From: Catajapyx aquilonaris
Lineage: Eukaryota
NCBI GenBank assembly: GCA_000934665.2
Contig: KZ538289.1
Coordinates: forward strand, 62,001 to 126,000
Direction of reading: 5' to 3'
DNA length: 64,000 bases
A program made the translations under genes and the position numbers. How positions within the stretch are numbered: position 1 is the stretch's first letter; every line of letters starts with the position of its first letter. Positions 1 to 12,248 of this stretch are shown here, piece after piece. A model generated the notes under the pieces. The model made no database searches. It saw nothing but the letters and a program-made list of their open reading frames with translations, and was not told the DNA's origin.

Positions 1-999
1 GAAAAAACACGCGTCCTTGACACACTCATCCTAAAACCGGTCCTTGTTAAATAGGAAGGATGTTCTCCTCCCCACCCTCCCCTCTCGACTCATTCTCATC
101 CCCTTTTGTGTGTGTCTGTGCCGCTCGCCCAGCCCCAGCAGCCCTCGCCGACAGAGTCTAATGGGCGAAGGCTGGCAGCCATGGGCCTCTGCCCGTATTG
201 ATCTGGGTAAATCCCGGAAGAGCCCACATTAGCCTCAAATGAACATGCTTAAGCCCTATCTTTCAGAGTGTGAAATCACGTCCAAAAGGGAAACTGACGC
301 TGGAGTAATCAGACAACTGAAGCCTCGCGATGGGCCAAGGAAATTACCCCCGCGTTCGCACGTTCTTCCAGGCTCACCCACTCGGAGCCCAGTTTCCGAC
401 AAGGACTCGCCGATTTCCCTGACTCGCCTCATTGGCCAGGGTAGGAACCACCAATCCGGGACGGGCACGTGGCCTGCGACGAGTGGAGTCTGACGTGATT
501 CAAAATGAGTGGGGTTCACACTGGTCTTTTGTCGTTGTTGTTGGTTCTTGTCATTCCCACCCAGCTTTTCGAATGGAGTCTTAGGGGGGATAAGCATAAC
601 CGTTAATTTTCTAATTGTAGAGTTAATGCTCAAGTACGATCTGCGAATTTATGATGGGCATGAACTACTCCCATCCACCAGAGGCGCTGCCTACTCCCAT
701 CCACCAGAGGCCGAGACGCTGCCTCCTCATTGCTCACATTACACACAAATTTAACATTAAAAATTAATTGCAAAAGTTTAAAAAATTCTAATTCGAATAT
801 GTAACAGCTAATATATTTACGCATTATTAAGTGGTCTTTAATTTTGACTGATTACTTTTTTACTATTTTTACTTATATTTCAGAGAAAAATATGTCACTC
901 AAGCTCATTTGTTTTGTATTAGCTGTTACTTATAGATAGCTGCTAAATATTTTTATCAGCCACAGAGTAGCTGCTAAATGCACATTTCTTCAGAAAACT

Positions 1000-1159
1000 T
1001 GTCAGACATTGTTCGGTCTTTGGTCGTTAAGTTGTAACAACCTAACGACCAAAGACCGAACAATGTCTGACATATTATCGTTGTTTTCGTAAAGTTCATC
1101 GTTGTCATTGGTCAACAGTTGACCAATGACAACGATAAACTTTACTACGAAACCAACGA
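1000..1159. repeat. Two adjacent palindromes
   Basis: 1000-1072: 36-bp arms with one mismatch around a single A. 1078-1159: imperfect palindrome centred on gtcaac-a-gttgac. Confidence 0.9.
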
Positions 1160-1637
1160 CTGCCTCACACTAACATCACTGTCTTTGGATCCTCTGGCAA
1201 ATTCCAACCGCAACGACCCACAGACTCCGTGTGAACCCTTCTCTAGTTGTTGGGTTGCGTACATCTCAGGATGGTGGCCATCAAGTAGAGGAGTAATCTT
1301 CAGGGTAATGGTTGGATAGGGGTGAGGGCTGGTATGGAGTGTGGGTGGGGTAGAGATTTGCAGGAATAGCAAAGCGATGCATCACAAAGGCTTTGGTGCG
1401 AAGGGCTTTGGTAATCGTCCGATAAGGACGTCAGACTTAGGGAAAAGGGTTGAGGAAAATGAGGTAGGTGCTGGTGCAGGGGAGGGGAGGGGAGGGGAAG
1501 GGAGTTTGCAGCCCAGGCCGAGTCTGGATAATCCAGGCAACTCTTCTTTTCCTCTGGCTCCACCCGTGCCATGGCTCAAACCGAAGAGCTGGTGCATGTT
1601 CCGGGGAGTTTCTTGTCGACTACTGACCTAACTAAAT

Positions 1638-1859
1638 CACTGAAAACCTATGTGCAATTTTACACACTTGGTACATAGCCTATGTGATGCGACACTAACT
1701 TGTATGTGAGTGAAAATACATTTGAAAATACTTCAGGCGTAATAATGCAGCTAATGAGCTTTATATGACTGTATTTTTACACACCAAGTGCATAATTTGA
1801 CACATTTGGTATGACATGACCCACAGTGTGTAAAATTACACATACCAGGTTTTTAGAGT
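1638..1859. mobile_element. Degenerate MITE with CACT-starting TIRs
   Basis: Left cactgaaaacctatgtgcaattttacacact, right agtgtgtaaaattacacataccaggtttttagagt. Confidence 0.55.
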
Positions 1860-1912
1860 AGGCTAGATAGTATTTGTCAATGGTAGATACATGATCACGA
1901 TTTCAGGGTTTC

Positions 1913-2091
1913 GCAACCGGAGTTCCGCGAACAATCGGCGAGTTCCGGGAGCAATCGGCGAGTTCCGGGAGCAATCGGCGAGTTCCGCGAGCAATCGGCG
2001 AGTTCCGCGAGCAATCGGCGAGTTCCGCGAGCAATCGGCGAGTCCCGTGAGCAATCGGAGAGTTCCGCGAGCAATCGGCGAGGACCGCGAG
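1913..2091. repeat. 20-bp minisatellite
   Basis: About 9 units of gcaatcggcgagttccgcga. Confidence 0.95.
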
Positions 2092-2293
2092 AAATAGTGA
2101 TGAATAGGGAAATCATATTGAGTCATTACTTGAAGAAGTGGTAATAATTTTTAAGTCAGTGAGACATCAGTATTATTTTAAGAGTTCCGAAAGGTTACAA
2201 AGGTTGAGAAACCCCATTTAGGTGACATTTTGAACATGTCTGTCCAGTTCCAAGGGCGGAGATACTCCGGAGCAAGTTGTCTGCCACTAACCC

Positions 2294-2381
2294 CATATCG
2301 TCGGTGATCATGCAAAACCTCGTATCACCAGCAAAAACCAATGGAAGATACGAGGGTTTTTGCATGATCACCGACGATATG
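2294..2381. repeat. Inverted repeat / hairpin MITE remnant
   Basis: catatcgtcggtgatcatgcaaaacctcgtatc ... gatacgagggtttttgcatgatcaccgacgatatg. Confidence 0.85.
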
Positions 2382-3147
2382 TGGAAACAGACTTTACCAT
2401 TGATGAACCCTATATCCAGAATTAGTCCAATCGTTGGATGATACACATCCAACTGGTAATCCCTAGTATACCGGGAGGGATGTGACTACTACTCCTCCTC
2501 CTCCGGCTCCTGCTCCTGGTGCTCTACACGGATCATTAATCCCACCCCCCCGCAGCTTGGGCCTCACCGCCAAGGGGGAAGCCAAGACTGGATAGAGACA
2601 AATTCGCGGTTACCTGGTCGGTTTACTGAAAGGGCCAGCGATGGATGGGGAGGCAGCCGAGCGCTTTGTCCACGTCCAGCCGCGTCTTGTGCTGCTGCTG
2701 CCTGGTCCTGCGGGGGGAGCATTAGGAGAAGCACCACCGACATAGTGTAGAGGGGAGAGGGGATGGGGATGGGGAGCAGAAAACGTCAGGACCAACGGAA
2801 CGTGTCTGGGCCTGTTTCACGCCCCGCCGCACCGCAGACGCTGCCATTCGCCATCAGGATGGACGTCTTCGAATCCGTCGTCGTCATTCTTCCACCAGCA
2901 GGGAGCCTTGCAACCGCTCGCTTTCGGCCTGGGATGGGGGGGGGGGGAGGTGAGGGGAAGGGAACGTATAGGACCAGATGATGGCTAATCTGCAAGTGTT
3001 TATCAAATTTAAGCACTTGGATCGGAAAAATGGGGCGTTGAACTAATGTCTTTTGTCAGCCATGTGCAGTTATAGGCTAATAAATAACCATGAGGAATAA
3101 CAGATTCGATATTTAATGTTAATTTCTGTTCAGAATTTTTAGAAGTA

Positions 3148-3395
3148 TACGGTAAAACTTGTGAAGTTGGACACCTTCATATATTGAACAATTTGCTTGG
3201 AACCGTCAGTGTCCAACATAGATTTTACTGTAATAAAAAACATGAGGATAACATATTTTGACATTTAATGTTATTTTCTATTATTAATTTTTAGACTTAC
3301 AGTAAAACCTGTGAAGTTGGACACCTTAATATGCTGGCGACCTTCCTACAGTATGTTGGAATCGTTAGTGTCCAACATAAACAGGTTTTACTGTA
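3148..3395. mobile_element. Two tandem short pogo/Tigger-like MITEs
   Basis: TA-CAGTAAAACCTGTGAAGTTGGACAC ... GTGTCCAACAT...GTTTTACTG-TA, twice. Same family recurs at ~18935-19350 and ~20135-20287. Confidence 0.75.
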
Positions 3396-3520
3396 ATAGT
3401 TGCAAATATTTTCACAATGTAATGCTAGATGGGTTGCCTGGCGCTCAGGATATTCTCTGTTGGTAAACATAATCTATGTCCGAAATTAGTTAAAATCATG
3501 ATAATCAATTATTACAAAAA

Positions 3521-3588
3521 TTTATTTGAGTTTTATATGGAAGTATACCCTCAAAGGGGTAAAACCCAGGGAATTATTATTATTATTG

Positions 3589-3684
<96 letters not shown>

Positions 3685-3755
3685 ATAATAATAATAATAA
3701 TAATAATTATTATTATTATTATATTAATAATTATATTATATTATAATATTATTAT

Positions 3756-3828
<73 letters not shown>

Positions 3829-3885
3829 TCCCTGGGTTTTACCCCTTTGAGAGTAGCCTGTACTTCCATATGAAACACCAATAAA
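3521..3885. mobile_element. Inverted-repeat element with a compound trinucleotide microsatellite core
   Basis: ~55-bp arms (atggaagtataccctcaaaggggtaaaacccagggaat / attccctgggttttacccctttgagagta...tacttccat) enclosing (TTA)n(CTA)n(ATA)n blocks. Confidence 0.8.
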
Positions 3886-3963
3886 AATGTCTTAATTTAT
3901 TGTTGTTGTTGTTGTTGTTATTACTACTTCTACTATTATTATTATCATCGTTATTCTTATTGT

Positions 3964-4012
<49 letters not shown>

Positions 4013-4014
<2 letters not shown>

Positions 4015-4256
4015 GTGGCGGATCCAGGGGGGGGCGAAGGGGCGATAGCCTCCCCCCCTATGGCCCCCAGAGGAAAAAAACGGAAAGAAAGAGAAAAAAA
4101 CGGGGGGGAAACTCGCAAAAACCCTCTACAACATGTTGTAGAACAGTGCAAAATTGCACTGTTCTATGGGTTATTTTCCATTTTGCGGTCGCGACCCCAA
4201 ATTTGNCCCAACCTATACCCTTGTCCCCCCCAGAAATTTTTTTGGATCCGCCCCTG
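4013..4256. mobile_element. hAT-like MITE inserted in a (CTA)n microsatellite
   Basis: TIRs CAGTGGCGGATCCA / TGGATCCGCCCCTG with 8-bp flanks ctactact on both sides. Confidence 0.85.
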
Positions 4257-7200
4257 CTACTACTATAGGCTACTATTACTACTATTGTACTTCCGTATAT
4301 GGAATTGATGAAAAAAATTGTTTAAAAACTACAAATGTAAGCCCCCAATTATTAGGAACTTGTAAACTACATCTACAACAAATTCTGTAAAATAGTTTCC
4401 CATTATAGTGCTAAACCCCCATACATTGATGAAAAAATAAAATCCCCAAAAAATGTCTCCTACCTTTAACCCCATTCTTCGTCCTGTACGAGCAGCAATC
4501 CGGAGAAGGTCCCCATACATCATAAGTCACTAGGGGGCACCATCCTACCCATTTTTTGGGCGGAGGAAAAAAGGGGGGTGGGTAGGAGACTTGCTCTTTG
4601 TATAAGATAGACTCCTTTTTTATTCCGATTGTAGCCTGGAAGCGGGACTTAGGGGAAGACACTGAATATTCCACTCGCCACCCAGTGGGCATTATTCTTG
4701 TCTCTATCTCCTCTTAACGGTTTGAAAAGTGGGGGAAGGTTGGGGCGGGGAGGAAAAAAAATCCAGCACTTCTTATCGGGCTGGAAAAAAATAACTTGGG
4801 GGAGGAAAGGGATATAACCAGTCTAAAGACACTAGGCCCATCCTCCTCTTAATATTCCCCCNGGGGGGGGTTGAAAATTAAACTTCCACCGAGTCATTGG
4901 AACGGGAGGTTCTCTTCAATAAGTGATTTGGAGGAGAAGGGAGCGGAGAAAAAATTGTTTTCATTAACTGCCGCTCAGTTGAAGAAAAAGACGAAGGGCA
5001 AAATCTTGGGAGGTGATAGGAAAAAAAAGGGCTGTCATTCACACGCAAGCTTGTATTCCGTTAATTGCATTCTGTCGGCTCCGCCTCTTCCTTTATATGC
5101 ATCCACAGTGGGGCCTATACTGTGGACGGAGCCTACAATCTCAGATCTTTTATATTGATTCGGCCCTGGTTTTGCATTCGACGTCTGACATGGGCTCTTT
5201 TTGCAGAGAAAAAAAAAGTGCGCAGAAATGGTGCATATAGGGCTGACAATATGATCCAAAATTTCAATTTCAAAAAAAATATTTAACAAGTATGTCCTAC
5301 TTGTAGAATTAGCATCTTCAAAAATTCAGAGCTAGTACAGCCATTAACCGGTTTATAACAGGTATCATTATTTTTTTGAATTGTAAATGTTCATTACATA
5401 CGAGTACATTACATTACTTGCAACCGTGTCCCCTCCCCAAAAATCCCTATCCTTACCCAATGTCGAAGAGAAAAATATGGTGGTGTCCCACCCCCCTAAG
5501 ACAGCCAAGGGCTCTATCACGGGATAGCAAAAATTTTAAAAATAAAATAAATATGTATGTAGTAGATATGTAACAAACCTTGTCTGAAGGAAAGGTGTGA
5601 TATTGCACAAAAGAAGGCCAAACAATTAGTGATTCAACTTCATTAATACAAAAATTAGGCAAGTTGCCCCCCACCATACTAATGGTTATCATAACAAATA
5701 ATGTCCTAAAAATCACATTATATGGTTCCAAAAAATTGGTGGTATTCCACTCCCCTGAAAAGTGCTCAAGGCCCGAGAACGGGGTACAAATTTTTTTTAA
5801 ATGTCCTAAAATATATTACTTGGTTGAAATTTATTTTCCGATATATTTTCCTCGAAAAATGGTAATCGCATTGTCTCTCCTCCAAAAAAAAAATCGTGTC
5901 CTAATTAGTCACATCCTCTGCGTACCTGCACTTTCTGAGCGACAAAGGTAAGAAGCAGGACACACACAAAAAAAAGGTAGGAATTGTGGGGAATTATAGG
6001 CCAGAGGAAGAGGACAAAGTAGCTGGAGGTCGGAGGCAAGGTCTACCTGTAAGCCCCCCCCCCCTCCTCCTCTTTCTCTCTCCTCCTCCTCCACCTCCCT
6101 CTCTCTTGCCCTCGTCCTCCCTAATCAACCATATTCTCTACGGTGCCATAGGCACTAATTAGAGGAATTAGCTCCTGCCCTAACTCTCGCTCCTCGCTGC
6201 CATTCGAATAATTATGAAAACAGCCTTCCACGGCGGGGGAAAGGATGAATTTATCATGCAGCCGGGACGAAGTTCTTTGTTAATGAGCACTGCTGAAGTA
6301 AGCATGGCACATGGGCGTCTTGATTCGCCCGTTTGGACAGGGTGGCTTGGCAACCTAGGGGGGGGGGGGGGTGCCTTGCCCGAGGACCCACACACTTTGA
6401 GGGATTCTTTCGAAGAAGCACAAAGTCGTTTCAAACTAATGGGGGAGATGTATAAGGAGTCAAGTTTTAACAATGGTGGTGAGGATGGATGAAAGTACAG
6501 CGACTGCAACGAACAAACGATATAGCCTGAGAAAATGCCGCCTTGGTTCACATGGCAACAGTTATGCCTTGAGGATTACTCATTCACAGGTGAACAATTA
6601 TTTCAGTTACCGTTTTGGTATGTGTACAGTGCAGGCTAAACACACAAAAAAATATATGTAGGCTGCTACTGTAAGTTACGCTCTGGGCACATCTTGAAAT
6701 CGATTTGAATTTAAAATTATGTGACAGATTCTCTCTCGTAATATCCGTTATGTTGACCACACTTGCTGCTAACCCCCCAAGCAAGAACCAGTTTCAGACA
6801 CCTACCATTTCCATTTGCTATTAATTACTAGGTTCATTGTTGCCAACAATTTGCAAACACCCTGATCAACTGACCCTTGTGAATTAATCTGCATCATTTA
6901 GTAACATGCTGGTCAGTTTATATAGCCTACACATGCACAGTGTTCCTTGACGATAATACTTTAAGCACACAAACTTCAAACGCCATCAAACTACATATCC
7001 AAAACCTGTAGTTGAATCGTTTAAATATGCACAGTACATATTAATTACCCAGTATTAATCAGCAAGTAATATTACAGTAATTCACATTCATATTCAATAA
7101 TATGGCAGATTTGAACTAATCCTACATCCTACAGCTGAATACTGTAAGCATCACACTGTAGCATGCATTTTTGTCCCACAAAAAATGTCATTATTAAAAA

Positions 7201-7713
7201 AGGAGCCCAGTGGTCATCCGTCTGTATGCAGCATGCTGGTGGTCCACTTTGCCTCTTTAAAAAAAAAAACCCGAGCCTCCAAAGCACAGGGTTTCAAATC
7301 TGTCCCTTTTTAAAAAAATTGCGCCTGCCCATTGGTCCCCATCTTCTTGAAAAACTTTCTGAGATGTAACTTCGGAGGAGTCCGCAAGGGGACCCCTGCC
7401 CTCGACCGAATATCTCAAGAAAAGTCGAAAGGCGGCTGCCTCTCTTTATGATATTCCCAACTCTTCCTCACAGATGGCGCGGACTGTACGAAAAGAAGAA
7501 TAAAAATTCCGACTCTCTTTTCTGAGGGGAAAATCTCCCCTACTCCTACTCCTCCTAGTGGGGGGTGGAGGGGGAGGAAATTTCTTTTCCTCGGCGCCTG
7601 CCCCCTTTCGATTCTCGGGGACGCTCGGGAACACTTCCCGCTGAATCCGGTTAGTCGGCATCCGGCTCTGGATGCGGACGGTAGGGGCTACTCAGGTATT
7701 TTCACGAATAACT

Positions 7714-7828
7714 GGGTTTCACGGGGTTTCACGGGGTTTCACAGGGTTTCACAGGGATTCACAGGGATTCACAGGGATTCACAGGGATTCACGGGGATTC
7801 ACGGTGTTTCACAGGGTTTCACGGGGTT
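7714..7828. repeat. 10-bp tandem repeat
   Basis: About 11 units of ggg(t/a)ttcac(a/g). Confidence 0.95.
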
Positions 7829-8249
7829 GCTCGAACGGCGACTATATGTGGAGACGCGAAAAATTGGGCTCGAAATTCTCTCGCAAAATAAATTGTGTAG
7901 TAAATTTCTGAATAAATACACAAATTATTAGTTAATTTAATTGTGCATAGTCACATGAATTCTACGAACTTCTACGATCTGGTTGAGGATTCGTTTTTAT
8001 CATGTCTAGATGACTATGATCTATGATCCCACCGCGTGCAGCATTAGAGCTGCAAACCCAAGGCGGTTGCTAGCGGTCGTAGCGGAAGAAAGGGCGGACG
8101 TTACACTTTAAAAGATGGGCCCCGGTTCAACAGAGATCCCCCGCAGGGTTGATTCGCTTTGGTTGGGGTTGACCGCACTGTTCAGAAAATTACTAGTTGT
8201 AAAAAAAAATTGGATATTATTTTTTTCTGACAAGGACCAGACGTCAAGG

Positions 8250-8485
8250 AAATGAGATCCTGAAGAATCTCAGGTGTGTAGGTTTCATGGGTGTCATAAG
8301 ATGAAATAATCATATTTGTTGTAATAATACAGTAATATTTAAAATGTGTTCCCAAATATTATTTGGAATTTTGGGATGAAAAATTCTATTATTGTCAACA
8401 ATTATTACAACAAATCCATCGTATGACACCTACAGGAGCCTTCACCTATGAAACCTACACACCTGAGATTCTTCAGGTCTCATTT
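8250..8485. mobile_element. MITE-like inverted repeat
   Basis: aaatgagatcctgaagaatctcaggtgtgtaggtttcat ... atgaaacctacacacctgagattcttcaggtctcattt. Confidence 0.75.
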
Positions 8486-9212
8486 GAACATAATTGATAA
8501 TAAATATTGTTTAGGAGCAAATCCCCCCCCCCCCCCTATTATTGTCAATAGTTCAATTGCATTCTGGCACCCTAAGGTGAACGCACCCTCTGCTCTTTTG
8601 CAGTATCCCTGCTCATCCCCCATCTTCCCCCCCCCCTCACCACCCTTAAAACTTCTAACTCCCCCACCTCCCAACCTTCCTCCACCTCCCACCGTAACCC
8701 GGCGAAGCAAATGGCCTATAAAACCGTTTAGGTGTACGTAAAATGCTGGGGAGATCAGACGGAAAATCTGCTGGGTGTTTTTTTGGAGGGAAGGCTGCTT
8801 CGCCTTTGTGTGCCCTGACCTCAGGTGATCATAAAGAGGGAGAGATAAACCCTTTTCGGCTGGTTGGACCGCTGCTCCAGATTGGCTGCTGGATACAGAA
8901 GCCTACTAGCTACTGTGCCTACCATCAGGGGAGAACCTGGCTTGTGTTTACACCAGAGGCTCTCACTCCATATGGAGGTGTCATGTTCTGCCGTCGAGAC
9001 TTATATCGATAGTTGTGCAGACATATGGACTGATGGGACCAAAAAATACAAATTTTTGATGAAAGTAAGTAGAAAAACTGATGTGAGCTATCTACATAGT
9101 GTTTGTGCCTGATTTTTTAACAAATTGGCAAAAGGAAATATCGAAAATCGCAATTTATCGATATATCGAATCGATATCTGATTTATCATATCAGATCAGT
9201 CCATATTTTTGT

Positions 9213-9426
9213 CAAAAATATTACCTTCCAAAAAATATTACCTTTCAAAAAATTACCTTCTGAAAATATTACCTTCTAAAAATATTGCCTTCTAAAAATA
9301 TTACCTTCCAAAAAATATTACCTTCTAAAAATATTACCTTCTAAAAAATTACCTTCCAAAAATATTACCTTCCAAAAAATATTACCTTCTAAAAATTACC
9401 TTCCAAAAAATATTACCTTCCAAAAA
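9213..9426. repeat. 18-21-bp tandem array
   Basis: About 11 units of aaaaa(ta)ttaccttc(c/t). Confidence 0.95.
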
Positions 9427-9834
9427 GTAGCGTAGAATTACCGTTTATGTGGTGCCTTTACAATACCCCTCCGTACTCTATAGGGTTATAGGATGGGATT
9501 TCAGGCGTTTTAGGAAAAGTCCCGTGTCCCTTTCAGCACCAAAGTAGCCGCAAACCAAAAGTTTTTAGTGGCTATTTTACTACGTACTGGGAGTTACCTA
9601 ACCGTAAAATCAGATTTCAAGTTGGAAGCTGTGTTTGCCAAAGTTAATCGAAGATCCTTTTTTCGGTGCGTCCGTAATACCCGGCCTCTGTGAAACCCGT
9701 AATGTTAGAGCTGCCAAGTTTTAGTGCAACTTGGAAACATGTGAGTACTTCAGGTACATATGTACACTGTTTTGGGGATAATTTGTGTCTGACAGTCTGT
9801 GGATGGATATTGTAGGTAATCATAATTATTGGTA

Positions 9835-10592
9835 CACTGTACTCCCGATTATCCGGGTGCGGATTATCCAATGTCTAAAATAATAAAAGTCCGGAAAATA
9901 TCGAATTTTCTCGAAAACAAAGAAATATAACAAACTTTTTGTAGAAGACAAACTCAAAATCTTCGGAAATTTTTCTGATTTTGATTAAATATTATTTAAA
10001 GCAGAATACAGTATGTACACTGTACTCCCGATTATCCAGGCTAATGGCTGCACAGGACGGTGTCGCCGGTCCGGAAAACACGGATAATCGAAAAATTGTC
10101 CTAGATACCGTAAAATGAGATATTCAGAGATTTTTAATGTACTATACTGTACATACTGTATTCTGCTTCATATTTAATCAAAATTAGAAAGATTTCCGTA
10201 GATTTTTAGTTTGTCTCTTGCAAAACGTTTGTTATACCGTTATTTCTTTGTTTTCGAAAAACATTGACAATTTTTGACTTTTTATTGTTTTAGCCATGCA
10301 CCGTTAATCCTACAGACCGATAATCCGCACCCGTATAATCGGGAGTACAGTAGTACATGATTAAAAACCTCTGAATATCTCATTTTACCGAGGGGATATT
10401 CACTTCTGGGTATCCGTGTACACCTTCGATGGTGATCCACGGTGATCCACGGTGATCCGGTGCTTTTGGTGATCTAGTGTACCCTTTAGTGAGGAGTGAT
10501 TACACCCTTGTATTTTACGATATGTAGGACCATTTTCCGATTATCCGGGGACACCCGCGCAGCCATTAGCCTGGATAATCGGGAGTACAGTG
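9835..10592. mobile_element. TA-flanked MITE containing an inverted copy of itself (10018-10352) and a second insertion (10389-10510)
   Basis: Four termini of type TA-CACTGTACTCCCGATTATCC at 9835, 10018, ~10351 (rc) and 10592 (rc). Segments are ordered A-B-A'-B'. A related terminal fragment lies near 57810-57848. Confidence 0.8.
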
Positions 10593-10603
10593 TACCGGTA
10601 TAG

Positions 10604-10740
10604 CAAGGGGTTAACCACTTCGATATTTCGGTGTACACCTGCAGTGGTACTCCCAGGTACTCCTTAGGTACCTTACTCTTTGGTACTCCTTGAATTTGGT
10701 ACTCCAGTGTACACTTTACAGTCCAGTGGTTAACCCCTTG
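10604..10740. mobile_element. Small MITE with 16-bp TIRs and internal ggtactcc repeats
   Basis: CAAGGGGTTAACCACT / AGTGGTTAACCCCTTG. Related in layout to 10389-10510 (internal ggtgatcc repeats, flanks cattttac/tattttac). Confidence 0.8.
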
Positions 10741-10756
10741 GTGTATATAGTTACAC

Positions 10757-10941
10757 CTTTAAAAAAATAAAAATAAAAAACCCCCGTGATAGGGCTCGAG
10801 GCGCTCTTAGGGGGAAATGGGAGGTTCCCAAGGGAGGGCGCTGTGCGATAGTCATTTCTGACAGTTTTTAAACACCATGCCTTTTCTTCTGGCCCTGGGC
10901 AGAGTAGGGAGTGCAATTCTGCCCCGGCATGTCGGGTGATG
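10757..10941 (-). mobile_element. 5'-truncated copy of the same SINE
   Basis: Shares the body with 53792-53949 (51 nt identical) but lacks the tRNA head. 11-bp TSD tatagttacac at 10746-10756 and 10942-10952. Confidence 0.8.
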
Positions 10942-11725
10942 TATAGTTACACTTTGTCATTGTTGTTGTTAGAGAGATGACTGAATCTTCACGATTGTCC
11001 ATCGCCGAATGGGTGCCAGTGTCTAATGTTTGAATTTCGGTTATCGCATAGTGTGATCCCTTTTAAATATGGACAATACATCCCCCATTTCCAAACGGGT
11101 TAAGCGAGCGATAACACCCAATGCCCCGATACCTCCAACAATGAAACTCAACAATAACACCCCCGATACTCCCGCAAATTAAAATATCACAGCCGGCCTC
11201 TGCAAGGGCCCAACATGTCCATCATATTTTTACACCCCCATAAAACTTAGACCCGTAACAACATGAGCTCAAAAGGCAAATCCTAGCAGGTAATTTTCCT
11301 CCCCCCTCCCACTCCCCCGGATTCATCCCCCCCCACCTCTCCCCACTCCCCCCCACCTCCATTTCCGCTCAACCAACCGGCCCTTCATGTAATGCCATCA
11401 CGTCCTGTAGGCCATATAGAGCCCACCCCATCCTCCCCAACCCTATATCCACATCTGCTGCTCATTCCCCAATGAAACCCATCCAACCCATAGCCTGAAA
11501 TACACGCTTGCAGCCAATCAATAGTCCATCGCAATAAACCGAGCCTTGACGATCACTTGTTACAAAACGTTCTCGTTATCGGCTGCAGGGGTCAACATTC
11601 TCAGCCTAGTTGGGTCGANCCCTCCCTCCAACAATCATAATGGGGGCAACAAAGGGTGGGATGGACAATGGAAGTGTTGCTGTTCGAAAAGTAGCAGCTA
11701 TTTTTGAGCTATTTTAGCGCCTCAG

Positions 11726-12016
11726 TATAGGACTGTGCGATATCCGAAATTACATATCTACTTTCGATACTTAAAAATATAGAATCGAAGTCGATATATC
11801 GAAAATCGAAAAACCGACATCGAAAAAGATCGAAAACCGAATCGAACCGACATCGAAATATATCGAATCGAAGTCGATATATCGAAAATCGAAAAACCGA
11901 CATCGAAAAATCGCGATATTCGATACATCGAACATGCCAAGCGTCGGATATCGCAACTTCGATATTAGGAAAATATTGTATCGACAGTCGATATATCGAA
12001 ATATCGCACAGCCCTA
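11726..12016. mobile_element. hAT-like MITE, TCGA-rich, copy 1
   Basis: TIRs TAGGACTGTGCGATAT / ATATCGCACAGCCCTA. 8-bp TSD cgcctcag at 11718-11725 and 12017-12024. Confidence 0.88.
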
Positions 12017-12248
12017 CGCCTCAGATACGCTGTCATATATAGGGAAACCCCGCACTTCTACCTACAGTACTTTCCTAGGCCTATCTGCTGAAAGATAGGC
12101 GTGTATCCGCTGAATATGAGGCTGTATCCGCTGAAGATATGGGTGTATCGGCCAGGAAGTAAAGTTACGTCATGGGGTATGGTGGTACACTGTGCTACAT
12201 TCGGTCCGAAAAGGCTCGTTTTGGTTCAAAACCTGTCACCATATTATA

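Noticed and set aside
665..711. 21-bp direct repeat ctactcccatccaccagaggc as a CTCF or ZNF143 site pair
   Set aside because: The duplication is real, but both motif matches need an indel; most likely local slippage.
3429..4308. Poly-L/I/T/N/Y ORFs
   Set aside because: Translations of trinucleotide microsatellites.
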